From the NCBI RefSeq assembly GCF_001194135.2, contig NC_068986.1, positions 26,805,322-26,856,883 on the forward strand: a stretch of 51,562 nucleotides of DNA, written 5' to 3'. This document shows positions 1-13,600 of this stretch, piece after piece. The DNA is from Octopus bimaculoides (taxonomy: Eukaryota). Under the pieces are notes generated by a model that saw only the letters and a list, made by a program, of their open reading frames with translations, had not been told where the DNA came from and did no database searches. The position numbers were made by a program, and so were the translations under genes. How positions within the stretch are numbered: position 1 is the first letter of the stretch; every line of letters begins with the position of its first letter.

Positions 1-784
1 GAAATTGAGATTTTTGAAATTTTTTTTCCAGAATCGGATTCTCCATGGTCTGAAACATAGGATTCCGTAAAAAAAACAAAATTTAAAAGTGGGGGTATAC
101 CCAGATTACATATACTCCATCTCCACCGGATCCAGTTAGCTCAAGACATCATCAGGAGGAACCACGTCCAATTTCGGCCCCTACTCCTCTACCGTTTTGA
201 CGTGGCGCCCCCCACCCCTTTCGGAGGTGTCTTCAGCTCTGGTGTTGGGTGTATGTTTTCTTTCTTCTATTCCCTGGCCTCTTCTATGCAGCATCAACGA
301 GTATCAGCGTCCGACTGACTGTCTTGTCAAATTCCCCTTTTTATACCTGCTGCTAGGCCCCAGCAAGTTGTCACATGACACTGTCTAAACTTCCCGCTGC
401 TAGGCTCCAGCAAGTAGCCCCAGCTAAATAATTGCATGTAGAATTGAATGTCCTTTGCATTCTTTTTAAAAATTCTCATCAGGTATTCGAAGAATTATCT
501 TTATATCCATATGTGTATATACACACACGTCATATACATGTATACATATGTATGTATAAACAATTGTATGTTATAAATGTATATAAATTTCACCCAAATA
601 CATTATATACACATGCACAAATATACACATAAATAATACATATATTTTTAATCGACAAGTTAGTTTCATAAGTACTATGTACGGAACTATCTGCCCTTGA
701 GTCACTTCGTAACTTCTGGCCATTAAAAAAAACATTTAAATAAATATATATTTATATTTTGAGTTTTACCCTGTTTGTAATTCC

Positions 785-1110
785 AGACCACATGGTTCCG
801 GGTTCAGTCCCACTGCGTCGCACCTTGGGCAAGTGTCTTGTGAGTGGATTTGGTAGACGGAAACTGAAAGAAGCCCGTCGTATATATATATGTATGTGTG
901 TGTATGTTTGTGTGACTGTATTTGTCCCCCAACTTCGCTTGACAACCGTTGCTGGTGTGTTTACGTCCCCGTAACTTAGCGGTTCGGCAAAAAGAGTCCG
1001 ATAGAATAAGAACTAGGCTTACAAAGAATAAGTCCTGGGGTCGATCTGCTCGACTAAAGGCGGTGCCCCAGCATGGCCGCAGTCAAATGACTGAAACAAG
1101 TAAAAGAGTA
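785..1110 (+). mobile_element. SINE family A (tRNA-derived), 5'-truncated, with a ~30-nt internal deletion
   Basis: B-box-like GGTTCAGTCCC, central (TA)/(TG) tract and 3' end cagtcaaatgactgaaacaagtaaaagag. Reads gtgtctt/gtgagtgg where other copies have an extra ctactatagcctcgggccgaccaaagcctt. Confidence 0.85.
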
Positions 1111-1111
1111 T

Positions 1112-1273
1112 NNNNNNNNNNNNNNNNNNNNNNNNNNNNNNNNNNNNNNNNNNNNNNNNNNNNNNNNNNNNNNNNNNNNNNNNNNNNNNNNNNNNNNNNN
1201 NNNNNNNNNNNNNNNNNNNNNNNNNNNNNNNNNNNNNNNNNNNNNNNNNNNNNNNNNNNNNNNNNNNNNNNNN
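1112..1273. other. Assembly gap (N); other gaps at 9929-10006, 14226-14235, 38882-39094 and 46770-46823
   Basis: Runs of n, mostly abutting (TA)n tracts. None is needed to keep the SMG5 frame. Confidence 0.99.
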
Positions 1274-1289
1274 ATATATATATATATAT

Positions 1290-1806
1290 ATATATATATA
1301 CGTGCGGTGGGGTGGTATGTGTATTCACACACGTTACTTAAGCCGCGAAACTAAAATGAAAGTAAGAAAAGTGGTCTAAGAGCTAGCCTATGCTGAACAA
1401 AACTTCAAAGTGTAGATTAAAACAAACTCAGAAATTAGTTAAGAAAAAAAAAAAGCTTCAACAATATCTGTGAGGGTACATAAAGGTGTTGGTGAAAGAA
1501 ATGTTTCGTTATAGTGAAGGTTGTTTGTATTTATTAGGAAGAATATAAAAGAACCAACACAATAACCACTCCAACCATCACACACGCATTTATTTTGTTG
1601 ATCTCGCCGAATCTCGTCGATTCCCGCGACAAGTAACACATGAGTTTATGGAAACAAATATGTCGCACAACGTCTGTCGGATAGGTATATCTCATCATTG
1701 TTCACACCGCGACAGCGTACACAGTCGATGACTGCCAACACACGCAGCACTGTAGCTGGTTGACACATTGACATGGTAGGCTCTGTGTGTAATTCTCGAA
1801 AAAGGG
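1290..1806 (+). promoter_or_regulatory. Probable SMG5 promoter/5'UTR (locally CpG-rich); TSS not determinable
   Basis: CG dinucleotides cluster just upstream of exon 1 (e.g. tctcgccgaatctcgtcgattcccgcgac, 1600-1630), unlike the CpG-poor distal introns. Confidence 0.55.
1728..1763 (+). promoter_or_regulatory. Candidate short uORF (MTANTRSTVAG*)
   Basis: ATG 1728 in a weak context (-3 T), TGA 1761-1763. Depends on TSS position. Confidence 0.3.
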
Positions 1807-1835
1807 ATGAAGAAAGCCGGGCAGAAGAAAGATGA
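1773..1835 (+). promoter_or_regulatory. Candidate overlapping out-of-frame uORF (MVGSVCNSRKRDEESRAEER*)
   Basis: ATG 1773 in a gacATGG context, 34 nt upstream of the main ATG, with its stop at 1833-1835 inside the CDS. Relevant only if the TSS lies upstream of 1773. Confidence 0.4.
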
Positions 1836-1874
1836 AGTTAAACCTGAGGTCGACAAAGCCAGACGAGTCTACAG
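1807..1874 (+). CDS. SMG5: SMG5 coding exon 1 (68 nt, MKKAGQKKDEVKPEVDKARRVY+AG)
   Basis: ATG at 1807 with an in-frame TAG upstream at 1777. Donor CAG|GTAAAA. Phase 2 fits exon 2. RRVYR resembles KRLYR of vertebrate SMG5. Lies in a CpG-rich region. Confidence 0.85.
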
Positions 1875-3040
1875 GTAAAAAAGGAATTTCTCCGATCATC
1901 TTCGACCCTTTCGCTCTCTGTTAAAAGAATATTGATAATAATAATAATAAAATATTTCATGGGATAGTCCCCTAACCTCACTCCTTTTATCTCCTTTCGT
2001 CTGAGTTCTCGGTAGTTTCCACAACAACAAAGAAATAAATATAACAAGTGAGGTGTTTGTTCTCTGGTTGTCTTGTATTTTCCCCACTTTCAAAGACATT
2101 TCTACATTTGTCACTGACCACTTCAGCTGTTATTCTTTACTATTCCACGTGGCTGATACCAGCAGCTCTTGAGAATGAGAAGTCTACCGAGGATAATTCC
2201 AGTTTCTATTTATGTAGTTTAAAATAAGGAACTCCTGGACAACGAATAAACACAACTGAGGAATAGATAGGTAGATAGAGAGGTAGATAGAGCAACTGAT
2301 CGACATTGAAATGATTTCTAAGAATATATTTGCTTTAATAAAAAATAATAATGTGCTTAGTGTTTGTTTATCCGTTCTTGGATAAATTCCGAAAGAAGCT
2401 AGAATATTTGTTGAGTTCGAAAATGGAGAGTTTTCTTGTTTTTCTTTTTTGGCACTGCTACTAAATCGAGCTGCTAAGTTTAATATTCGTTCCGTTTCTT
2501 CTGCAAGATTTCTTAATCGGATATACGAGTCTCTGCTCTCCCTAAATCTCTCCAATCCAACATCCATCCATCCACAGGTTATTTTATTCTTCTTCGTTAC
2601 TGAGAGTATTTTGTTGTTGCTTTGCCACTTGCTCGCCATTGAATGCATCAATGCAACACAGCCACAGCCAAAACAAATTCACATGAAAACATAAGTTAGT
2701 GTTTATTTTTAAGATCCCAGAAAATCTTTCATTGGATGAACTCTGTATTGTTTCTGACCATTTTGCAATATACCTTTATATACACACCTTCGATGCATTT
2801 GTTTATTTTTGGCTTTGCATGTATTTTTGGAATGGTATGTATGTCGGTGCAAGATATACCCTATAATATGGTGCAGGTTGGAGGAAGTAGTCGATGTATT
2901 TAAACAAAATTCGGACATGGCTAATTTCGGCTAAAACTGTCCATATGTATGAGTGTCCCATGGGAGATACAGTGGACCATTGGCTAGTTTCTGTTGAATT
3001 CATATTAACTTATGTAACGAAAGTTCAATTTTGATACTCA

Positions 3041-3099
<59 letters not shown>

Positions 3100-3362
3100 T
3101 AACGAAATATGCTTGTATGTTGTATTTTAAACATTTAATTTCTCTTATACAAAATATTTTATAAATTTAAATGGAAAGGCTTACTAATGCCTCTGTGTTG
3201 TGTATACACATGCATATATATCCTTATATATCTTTTAGTCACATGAAGGATCGCATATAGCAAGAAATTAAGGACGGAGTGAATCCTTAGCTTCGAACAA
3301 TTAAAATCCGCTACTTGTACTGAATATGCTTTCTCCCTTTTGTACATCCAAATATGTGTGTG

Positions 3363-3409
<47 letters not shown>

Positions 3410-4719
3410 ACTCGCTTTATATCTCACAAACCAGTGTCTGTTCTTTTTTGAAGTCTGTGTGCATTTCGCTTGAATGACGTCTTGTTCCCTCGCGGTCAGT
3501 TCAGTCCCGCCGTTTTCTTCTGGTATCTAAAATATATCGTCTGCCAACATGAGTTAAATCGTTTCGTGTGTGTATGTATAACACACACACACCATATATT
3601 GTATATAATCAGATTACTGTATAAGGAAGTCAACAATTCAATTTATACTAACAGGTGTGTAGCTGATTTGTTCTCGAACCCGCTAATATATATTTACCTT
3701 TATATTATGGAAACACTCTAGCTAGCACTATCATATTCTTGCTCTATCCTGTTTCACTAAAACTCGATTTTATTTAAAATGTCACTCTTGAAATGTGAAA
3801 TCTTGTGTAAACAAATATTGTTTTAACAGTATTATTGTTAATGTTCTGCGTGCTGTTTGTACCAAAAGCTGGTTCACATCTGAACTTTTTTTCACAACGT
3901 GTCGGTTCTTTACTCGTTATCTTATTTACCTCAGAAATCCGACTTATTTTTTTGGGGGGTAAAACATTTCTCATTTTCCCCACATTTTGTTCTAGCAACA
4001 TAAGCACATTATCTCAGCTCATTCGATAATGTTTCTCGCAATTAAAAACTCGTGTTACGTACTGAGTTGTATGTAGACACTTGGCAGTGGAAGGTAATCG
4101 GAGATTACCTATTGGAACCGTGAGAATGGACAAGAGATGATGTTGATAGCATGATAAATGCTTCCCTTTCGATACTTAATTCATTTATTCCCTAAATTTG
4201 TGATAATTTTGATATGTAATACATGTACGTTATGTCGTCTGTTCTGCTATCACAAACCCGCACGTGTGGTGTATGTTCCTTTTACTCAGTGGGCAAGGCA
4301 GTGCCCATGACTCCTTGCAAGGCTTCTGAAACCAGTGTGGAGCTATTTTCAAACAGGGAAACCTGATCCAAGTACTTGCAAGAGACTTGTCTCTGCTAAA
4401 GATACCCAAGGTACCAGTTTGTGGTTGGATTCCATGCGGAGGGTGAAGTCTACCATATATACAATGATACATACATTGCTGAAGAATGTTTTGTAAAATT
4501 ACTGGACAACGGTGTATATACTCTTTACTCTTTTACTTGTTTCAGTCATTTGACTGCAGCTATGCTGGAGCACCGCCTTTAGTCGAGCAAATCGACCCCA
4601 GCACTTATTCTTTGGAAGCCTATTACTTATTCTATCGGTCTCTTTTGCCGAACCGCTAATTACAGGGACGTAAACACACCAGCATCGGTTGTCAAGCGAT
4701 GTTGGGGGGGACAAACACA

Positions 4720-4756
<37 letters not shown>

Positions 4757-7700
4757 TATATATATATATATATATATACATATATACGACGGGCTTCTTT
4801 CAGTTTCTGTCTACCAAATCCACTCACAAGGCTTTGGTTGGCCTGAGGCTATAGTAGAAAGACACTTGCCCAAGGTGTCACGCAGTGGGACTGAACCCGG
4901 AACCATGTGGTTGGCAAGCAAGCTACTTACCACAGATCCACTCTTGCGCCTATATGCAAAATTAATTAATATTTAAATTACTTTTCCTATCTTTAGAGTT
5001 GGCAAATGACGATTTATCAATGGGAATGAAATTGTTGTCTGCATACTGGAAGGAATTTAATTCATTTATCAAAGCACGTAAACTGCGAAAGCTACATCAA
5101 AACTGATTAAATTTCCAATTAAAATATACGAATTGTTATAATTGGGACTTTTAGTGCCTTCAGCTTTGTGGAATTGATATTCATTATATTTATAATAGTC
5201 ATTGATTTGACCTGGTTAGTGTTATCACACACCTGTTGTGTTAGGGTTAAAATTTGAAAAGCTAGAAATCTAAGCTATAGAAATTGTTTTGTCCACACAT
5301 TCGTTTTACTTTACATTTGTTGTGTGAAAGAGTTGGAGGAATCAGCCTACAAATATTATTTATTGTAATAGCACAATGTATTGGGGATTTGTATGTCAAA
5401 ACCCTGGTAGTATATCGTTTTTGATCGATCGAAACGGAGTGTTCAAAGACGTAAAGTTTCGCAGATGACGAAGTGATTAAAAAAAACAAAAGAAAAGTTA
5501 TTCATAGGAAGTATCATTATAGGCGCAGGAGTGGCTGTGTGGTAAGTAGCTTGCTAACCAACCACATGGTTCCGGGTTCAGTCCCACTGCGTGGCACCTT
5601 GGGCAAGTGTCTTCTACTATAGCCTCGGGCCGACCAAAGCCTTGTGAGTGGATTTGGTAGATGGAAACTGAAAGAAGCCCTTCGTATATATGTATATATA
5701 TATATATGTATGTGTGTCTGTGTTTGTCCCCCTAGCATTGCTTGACAACCGATGCTGGTGTGTTTATGTCCCCGTAACTTAGCGGTTCGGCAAAAAGAGA
5801 CCAATAGAATAAGTACTAGGCTTACAAAGAATAAGTCCCGGGGTCGATTTGCTCGACTAAAGGCGGTGCTCCAGCATGGCCGCAGTCAAATGACTGAAAC
5901 AAATTAAAAGAGTAAAAGAGGAGTTGGGTAGTGTCTATAACCGCTTTAGGTCCTATTAAACTGGTGAAGTTGAAGCAAATATAGTTGATGACCATCCCAG
6001 ACATCTGCAGGTCAATGTTTGTAGTTAAAACAAATGCTGTACGTAAGTGAGGAGGTCTATTCCAAATGCTTTCGGCAGTTTAGTGATTGATTTTTATTTT
6101 TGTTCCTTCTCCATGTTTATCATTGTTTGGATAAGAACAATAACATATTTCCATGTATTTTAGAGAGATCTAATCTTCTCAGTGCCTTTTTTATTAGTTG
6201 TCTTGTTTTTTATTTCCATTCTATAGCTCTGTTCACTTAGCATGTGAATCATTCATTTACATTTATCTATCTACACTAGCACAGTTATTTGGTTTGCATA
6301 CCATTAATTCCTGGTGCCTTTGGCATTCTCTCACTTTCACAACCCATCTGTACTCTTTATTTACAAATACATGCTTGTATATCCAACAGATCATTCTGAA
6401 CTTGCTTATTTTCCAATTCCCACAAATCCTTTATCTCACAACTCTTTAATGTCACATTTTCCACTCACTCTGTCCCAGTTTCATTTTTATTTATTTATCA
6501 AACAAATGTAGAGGGCCAAACTAGAGATTATATAATTAGGGAGGTGTTTTACTTTTCATCGTATATAAATTCCTGTGGCAATGACTTTTGTCTCTCAACT
6601 CACCCAGATCAATAAAACATGAAATATTGATGTTTATTTAATTATCTTCCCCTCTACAAAACTTGCTTTTTACAAGCACAAAAGAAAATATTATTTATTT
6701 ATTACATTCTTGCATGCTACCATGGTTCTAGGTATTTTGATATGAATTATTGGAGCAAAAATATTTACTGCTTCATGCCTTTCTCTGACCAGTCATTTTC
6801 AGCCAGAAAATGAGAGTCACGCCAATTTTGAGACCAGTACTGTACTGTGTTGCTTAGGGGACTAATACAGTAATTCTAACATGGCTTTCCTGATGTTTCA
6901 GTGGAACATTCTCACAAATAGTTTACAATTTGGGTGTAGGAGCATAGGAGTGGCTGTGTGGTAAGTAGCTTGCTTATCAACCACATGGTTCCGGGTTCAG
7001 TCCCACTGTGTGGCATCTTGGGCAAGTGTCTTCTACTATAGCCTCAGGGCCGACCAAAGCCTTGTGAGTGGATTTGGTAAGTGGAAACTGAAAGAACCCC
7101 GTCATATATATATATATATATATATGTGTTTGTGTGTCTATGTTTGTCCCCCCAACATCGCTTGACAACCGCTGCTGGTGTGTTTACGTCCCCGTAACTT
7201 AGCGGTTCGGCAAAAGAGACCGATAGAATAAGTACTAGGCTTACAAAGAATAAGTCCTGGGGTCGATTTGCTCGACTAAAGGTGGTGCTCCAGCATGGCC
7301 ACAGTCAAATGACTGAAACGGGTAAAAGAGTAATGTGATCATTTCAATATGATTCTCTCAGACTAAGTGGTTTCTATTTTGATCCTACTGTATGGCACTT
7401 TGGGCTGACCAAAACCCTCACAGGGTTTTAGTAAAGTCTGTTTCAAGAGAAGTTCCTGTTCTTGTAAGGGAGATTTAATCTCTTGCCCCATTTAACATTA
7501 CTGCATGGCTCTTTGATCCCTTTAACAGAGTCCATTCTCTTGCTAGCATTTGGTTGAGGCATCTGGTTTGAGCATATCTTCTTCCTTCTTGGCCACCATT
7601 TATGGATACCCTGAAAAAAAAGTAGTTCCCATTTAGAATTAGATATTTCTACATCATCATTTTACATCTGTATTCCATGTTGGCATGGATGGATGGATGG

Positions 7701-9883
7701 ATCATTATGGTCTAAATTATTTCTTATTGGAAGATACTGCTTCCAGAGACTAGTGCTTGTGTATGCCACTTGACTTGGTTTCTATGGCTGAATGCTCTTC
7801 TTATCACCAACAACTATTTGAATGTTGTACAGAAAAATGTTATTTTTATTTACAAACAGATCCTTCTGAGTATTTATGTTATGATTTTGTACATTCATCC
7901 GTTTTTATTGTATTCAAAATATGGATCTGTGTTCATTGCTTCTCTCAGTTTTCAAAGTCTAATTCATCTCTCCCCATGTCATTACATCATTCTTATATTA
8001 ATCTTCTTGTTTGCCTGTCGCTAATGATTATACACGTGTAATACAAGCATTTGTTTATACATCATGAATCATCCCTTGTTTATTATGAACAATGTCCTGA
8101 AATTTGATTTAGCTATTTCTAAGCTAGGTTTTTTTTATGAATCTACTTCTACCATACATACCAACATTGTGGCAGGTTTTCATTCTATATATATTATGCA
8201 TTCATTATCCACTTTGCCATACCCATGTGAGTTGGACTGAATTTGTTGGTTGGAGCAAATTTCCTCTGGCTGGATGCCCTTCATGTCACCAACCCTCACT
8301 TGTTTCTAAGGAAGGTAAGATTTCCCGAAGCCAGACATGTTTTTCACAAAAGACAGGAAACAAACAACATTGCTTGTATGACTATGGTGCTTGTTTATAA
8401 TCTTCATGTGATATCAAAACAAGGGCACACACACATACACACACACACACACACACAAGGAGCTTCTTCCAGTTTCCGTCTACCAAATCCAGTTGCAAGG
8501 CTTTGGTTGGCTATAGTAGAGAACACTTGCCCAAGGTGTTGCACAGTTGGATTGTACCCAAGATCACATGGTTAGGAATCAAGCTTCTTAACCAAATAGC
8601 CATGCTTGTGCCATTCATGTCACGTAATATCTGAAACAATGCTATCATCTAATGTGTATCAGTCAATACATTCGATACCTTTTTACTTGAGTTTCTAATG
8701 GACTCATACTCTAAACTGCTTTTGTTGTCTCACATGGTTTTTCTCTAATATTTTACCATGTTGTTATTTAACTACAGGTCAGCCTTGATTGAGCTATGAT
8801 CAGAAGTGTTCTGATCATGAGCCTCATTTTTTAACTTTTTTCCTTTTTTTTTTGCATCTCAAAGACTATTTTGTCTAATGTGTCTTTTTTCAAAGAAATT
8901 TGCATCCCAATCACATGGTCACTGTTTCAGTCCCACTGTATTACACCTTAGGCAAGTATTTTCTATTATAGCTTTGGGCTGACCAAACCCTTGTGAGTGA
9001 ATTTGGTAGATGGGAACACAGAAACTGTCTGGAAGCCTGTTGAGTGTATGTGCATGCATGCATGCATACATACGTTTACTTCCAGTATTCTATGAAAAAC
9101 ATATCTGAACATAGGAAAGTATTACCTTCCAAGAATTGGCAACCAGGAGGGCATCTGACCTGTGGAAAAGGGATATTAAAATGCTGATGATACTGATATG
9201 GTGTGATTTTTGTGGAAGATTTATTTGCTATTTCTAGCTGGTCAAGCCACCACATAGATTCTCACCACCTCTATTGTTCCTATATAATTGTGTTGATTTC
9301 ACTGGCTGTGCTAATAGATGTCACATCTCAGCCTTTTTCCTTTTATGATGTTATTTTAACTCAGAAAAATCTCGTCCACATCTGTCGTATTTTAACAAGG
9401 AAGTGGACTTAATTGACAGTCATTTGTTTTTACTCTTTGCTTTGCTGCTTATTCTTGTGCTGGAGAAATGTAAAATACCATACCACTTGTCACTTATTAA
9501 TTTATTCTAGTGCTTCACCATTGCGCTGTACACAAATGTTTTAATGCAAATGCCTATCAAAAATTTGTGTTTCCTATCATACAGTCCATTCAAAAATATT
9601 TTCAGCTTTCATGACTATTAATGAAATGGTCTGCTTTTGTGTTTCAACTACTTTTGAAAATAATCAAGAATATCAAGGGATTTAGTTGAGTGATTAACTT
9701 TTCATTAAGTAACTGATGTTTGGAACATAATTAATTAAAAATAAAAGCATAAAATGGGTGGGTGGTTAAGAAGTTTGTTTTTCAATCACATGGTTTGGGA
9801 TTCAGTCCTATGATGTGGCACCTTGAGTAAGAGCTGACCAAAGTCTTGTGAGTGGATTTGGTACGTGGAAACTGAAAGAAGCT

Positions 9884-9928
<45 letters not shown>

Positions 9929-10614
9929 NNNNNNNNNNNNNNNNNNNNNNNNNNNNNNNNNNNNNNNNNNNNNNNNNNNNNNNNNNNNNNNNNNNNNNNN
10001 NNNNNNAATATATATATGTGTGTGTGTGTATAAAATATGTTGGAAGGGCATCCAGTTGTAAAAAACTTTCCCAAAACTGACCTTGCCTGTGCTTGTGCCA
10101 TGTAAAAAGCACTCAGTCCACTCTGCTGAGTGGTTGGTGTTAGGAAGGGCATCCAGCTGTAAAAACCATGCCAAAACAGACACAGAAGTCCGATACAGAC
10201 TCCTGCTTGGCCAGCTCCTGTCAAACCGTCCAGCCCATGCCACCATGAAAAGTGGACTTTAAATGATGATGATGATGATATATATGTATAGACACAAACA
10301 AATTTGTGTGTGTGTGTATATATATTTTGTTTTGACATGTCACAGTTGTAAATGAATGTCACTGCCACACAAGTGGTTTTCATTTACAATCTTCTGGGAA
10401 CATGTCCATCCATGGGGATATATTACTTTGCTTACAAACAGGTGAGGGTTAGTAACAAGGACAACTAACCATAGAAAAATCTGCCTCAATGAATTCTGTT
10501 TGTCACACATGCAAGCATGGAAAAATGGATGTTTAAATGATGATATTGATGACAGAAGGTTATAATTTGGATATATATATAATACACACACGCACAACTA
10601 TCTATTTGTCTGTC

Positions 10615-10650
<36 letters not shown>

Positions 10651-13600
10651 TTAAAAGGAGATTCCGTATCCTGAAACCAAAGATAGTTTCAAGTGAGCTG
10701 ATATCAAATGTGTTAAACAGTTAATGTTCAACCCCCCACACTCCCAATACTTCTTATACAGTTTCATGTCCTATCATTTCCTAACAACCATACACACATA
10801 TACAAATAACCTTATCAGAAATTACTTGGCTAACGAAAAAAAAAAAAAAAAAAAATTAAAGACAACTATCGTGAAAAGTTTTTGCTGGGTTACAAACTCA
10901 TTCATATAGATCTAGAATAAATATAATCTATCTGAGTGCCATGTCCTCACTTGTCTCTGTTACTTTCACTATCAAATATTGAGGTCATACATATGTAGGT
11001 TTCTTAAAAAGGGTATCGTATGGCCTGTATTGTTAGATACAAAATCAAACAATATGAAAGAATGTCTTACACCTGTTGTGTTGGCGTTTGTTGATCAAAC
11101 TGCAAAATATTTGATTGATTGTTTCAATAATACATACAGATGAGCAAATGAATTTGTATAAACTATTATATAACAAACCATTTGGTAAAATAGTTTTTTC
11201 CTTAACATTTTCAAGATTTATTTAGTTGTTTATCAAAATAAAACTTACAAAATTAACTGAATATCTGAGACTTTAAAATGCTACAATTTAGCCCTAGGTT
11301 AGCCTAATTGAGCAAATGTATGATCAAATGTATTTCAGTTGTAATTATTCTACCCCCACCTCCCAATTTTTTTAAAACGAAGGCATAGTGGTCCAGACAG
11401 CGTTATCCATTATTTTTTTCATCTTATTTTTAATGGTAGGTTTTTCAGGGCGGCTTAGTTATTATTTCCAGCAAATGGAGTAACCATGTGTGTCATGAAA
11501 TGCATTATAGTTTGATTGTGGTGGGAATTAAAGCTAGTTAGAAATAAATTGAAGAAAAGTTTGTGTAAACACCTAAAAATGATTGAATCCTGAATTACTA
11601 GTCTTGTGTTTAGAACAATGCAATCTTCTTGTCAGCAACTGACAAATCCTTTCCTCATGTTTCTTTATTCTTTGTCTCTGGTTGGTATCAATAAATTCTT
11701 TTGACTTTGTATTGCTGTTAAACACAGGTACAGCTGAGTTGTTGGCATTAGGAAGGGCATCCAGCTGTAGAAACTCTGCCAGGTCAGACTGGAACCTGGT
11801 GCAGCCTCTGGCTTTCCAGACCTCAGTCAAACCGTCCAACCCATGCCACCATGGAAAATGGACATTAAACAATGATGATGATGATGATATATATGTATAT
11901 ATATATGGGCTTCCATACAGTTGCCATCTATCAGATTCATTCAAAAGGTACTAGTCAGTCAATAGACACTTGCTCAGGGTACCACATAGTGGGACTGACC
12001 CTGAAATTGCTTGGTTGTATAAGCAAACTCCTTAACCGCATATCCGTGCTTGCACTTGTATACAATTTATTTCAACAGCTTCGTTAAATGATTAATCCTG
12101 CCTTTTTGAAAATTTATTTATTATGGAATAAGTATTATCTGAGTTAGCTTCTAAAAGTGGAGATTGTGATGATGTAAGTAGCAATACTCTTACAATTATG
12201 AAGGTAATGCACTCATGTGCAGTAGCTCTTATCATTCTCTATATTTTCTATTACCATTGATCACAGAATCTCAGATGAGAATCTGTTGATCAATCATCTT
12301 TTTTTCTTCTTTTGTTTTTGTTCTGAAGATCTGATAAATTAGTTGTTCTACCATCGAGAGGGAACAAATGTGAAAACAATGTGTAATGTTACAGCTGCAG
12401 ATTGACTAAATCATAGATTTATTGACTCTTGCTTTGTAATGAGATAAAGATTGTTATCTCTTGATGTAACAGAACTAAGTTTTAATTGGTTACGTAGTCT
12501 TTGGTAATAGAAACAGTAATCTTAGCTGCTTTCCTTATGCCCAGCATTATAATCATGATCACCATCACTACGACTGTCACCATAAACACCAGCATTACCA
12601 TTACCCCCTCCCCCATCATCATCATCATCAGTGCCATCATTCTGATCACCACCATCACCATCATTTGATCTCTATTCTTTTATGCAGGCATGGGTTGGAC
12701 AATTTGATAGGATCTTGTGAGCCACAGGGCTGCATCATGCTAGCCTTGGCATGGTCTTTACGGCTGGATGCCCTTCTCAACACCAACTACTTTAGCCTGT
12801 GTACTGGGTACTTTTTTCTTGCCGCTAGCACTAGTGAAGTTATCAGGTAACTTGTAAGACAAGAAAGAACAAGAGAGATAATCATTTTTCCATGTTTACA
12901 TTAGCGGAATTAAACAATACATAAATGATTAACCATCGTATTTGTTTGATATTTTTTACTTTTAAAAACATTTTTTCTTAAGCCCCATAACATTTGAGCT
13001 GTTGTTCTTTAGGCCCCAGGTCAGCCTTGAACAAGCAGGTTTTTAATCAAAGCCGTTTAGTTATTTCTGCTGTAGCATTCCTATTTTTACTTCTAATCTA
13101 AGGCTACATTGACCAGTGTGTCTTTAATTTTTTTCTCAAGTAAGTCCTAATTTGAAGGAGATTTGGTTGCTATTTCTAGCAGGTTGAGTGAGCATGTAGA
13201 GGCTGCCTTGTCAGCTTGTTGAGATGTTGATATAATTTCATGGAAGTTTGCCAGTATTCTTTGTCAGTTGATTGACTACACTCACTCATTCCGTGTTGTA
13301 AATTGACTTGCTTAAGAAGTGACATTAATCAAATCTAAACTGACGTTTCTCATACAACAACAATGCCATTCTATGTCATTTGATTTGAAAAGAAATCCCA
13401 GATGTTTCTTCCAAGTAATGACATCCTTTCATTTTATCTTCGCTCATTACAAAACGAAAAGGATAAACACTGTGAAATTTGTCTTTAGTCGTGGATTCTT
13501 TTAAAGAGATATTGCATCATAGCTTCCGCTGTTTATTTCCGTTTTGTATAATTTTCATTTGTGTTTTTTTGCTTTTTGCTTCTTCTATTAGATAAATATT

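Noticed and set aside
347-415. Short direct repeat GCTGCTAGGC(C/T)CCAGCAAGT x2 and possible element end at 1-110
   Set aside because: The context is truncated by the window edge and is too little to assign to a family or function.
2184-2651. 155-aa minus-strand ORF near the promoter (possible antisense gene)
   Set aside because: No recognisable domain, partly derived from low-complexity (GATA-like) sequence, and no supporting exon chain. It cannot be fully excluded without RNA data.
5522-5600. tRNA genes at SINE heads
   Set aside because: A/B-box-like motifs are present but run into SINE bodies without a complete cloverleaf.
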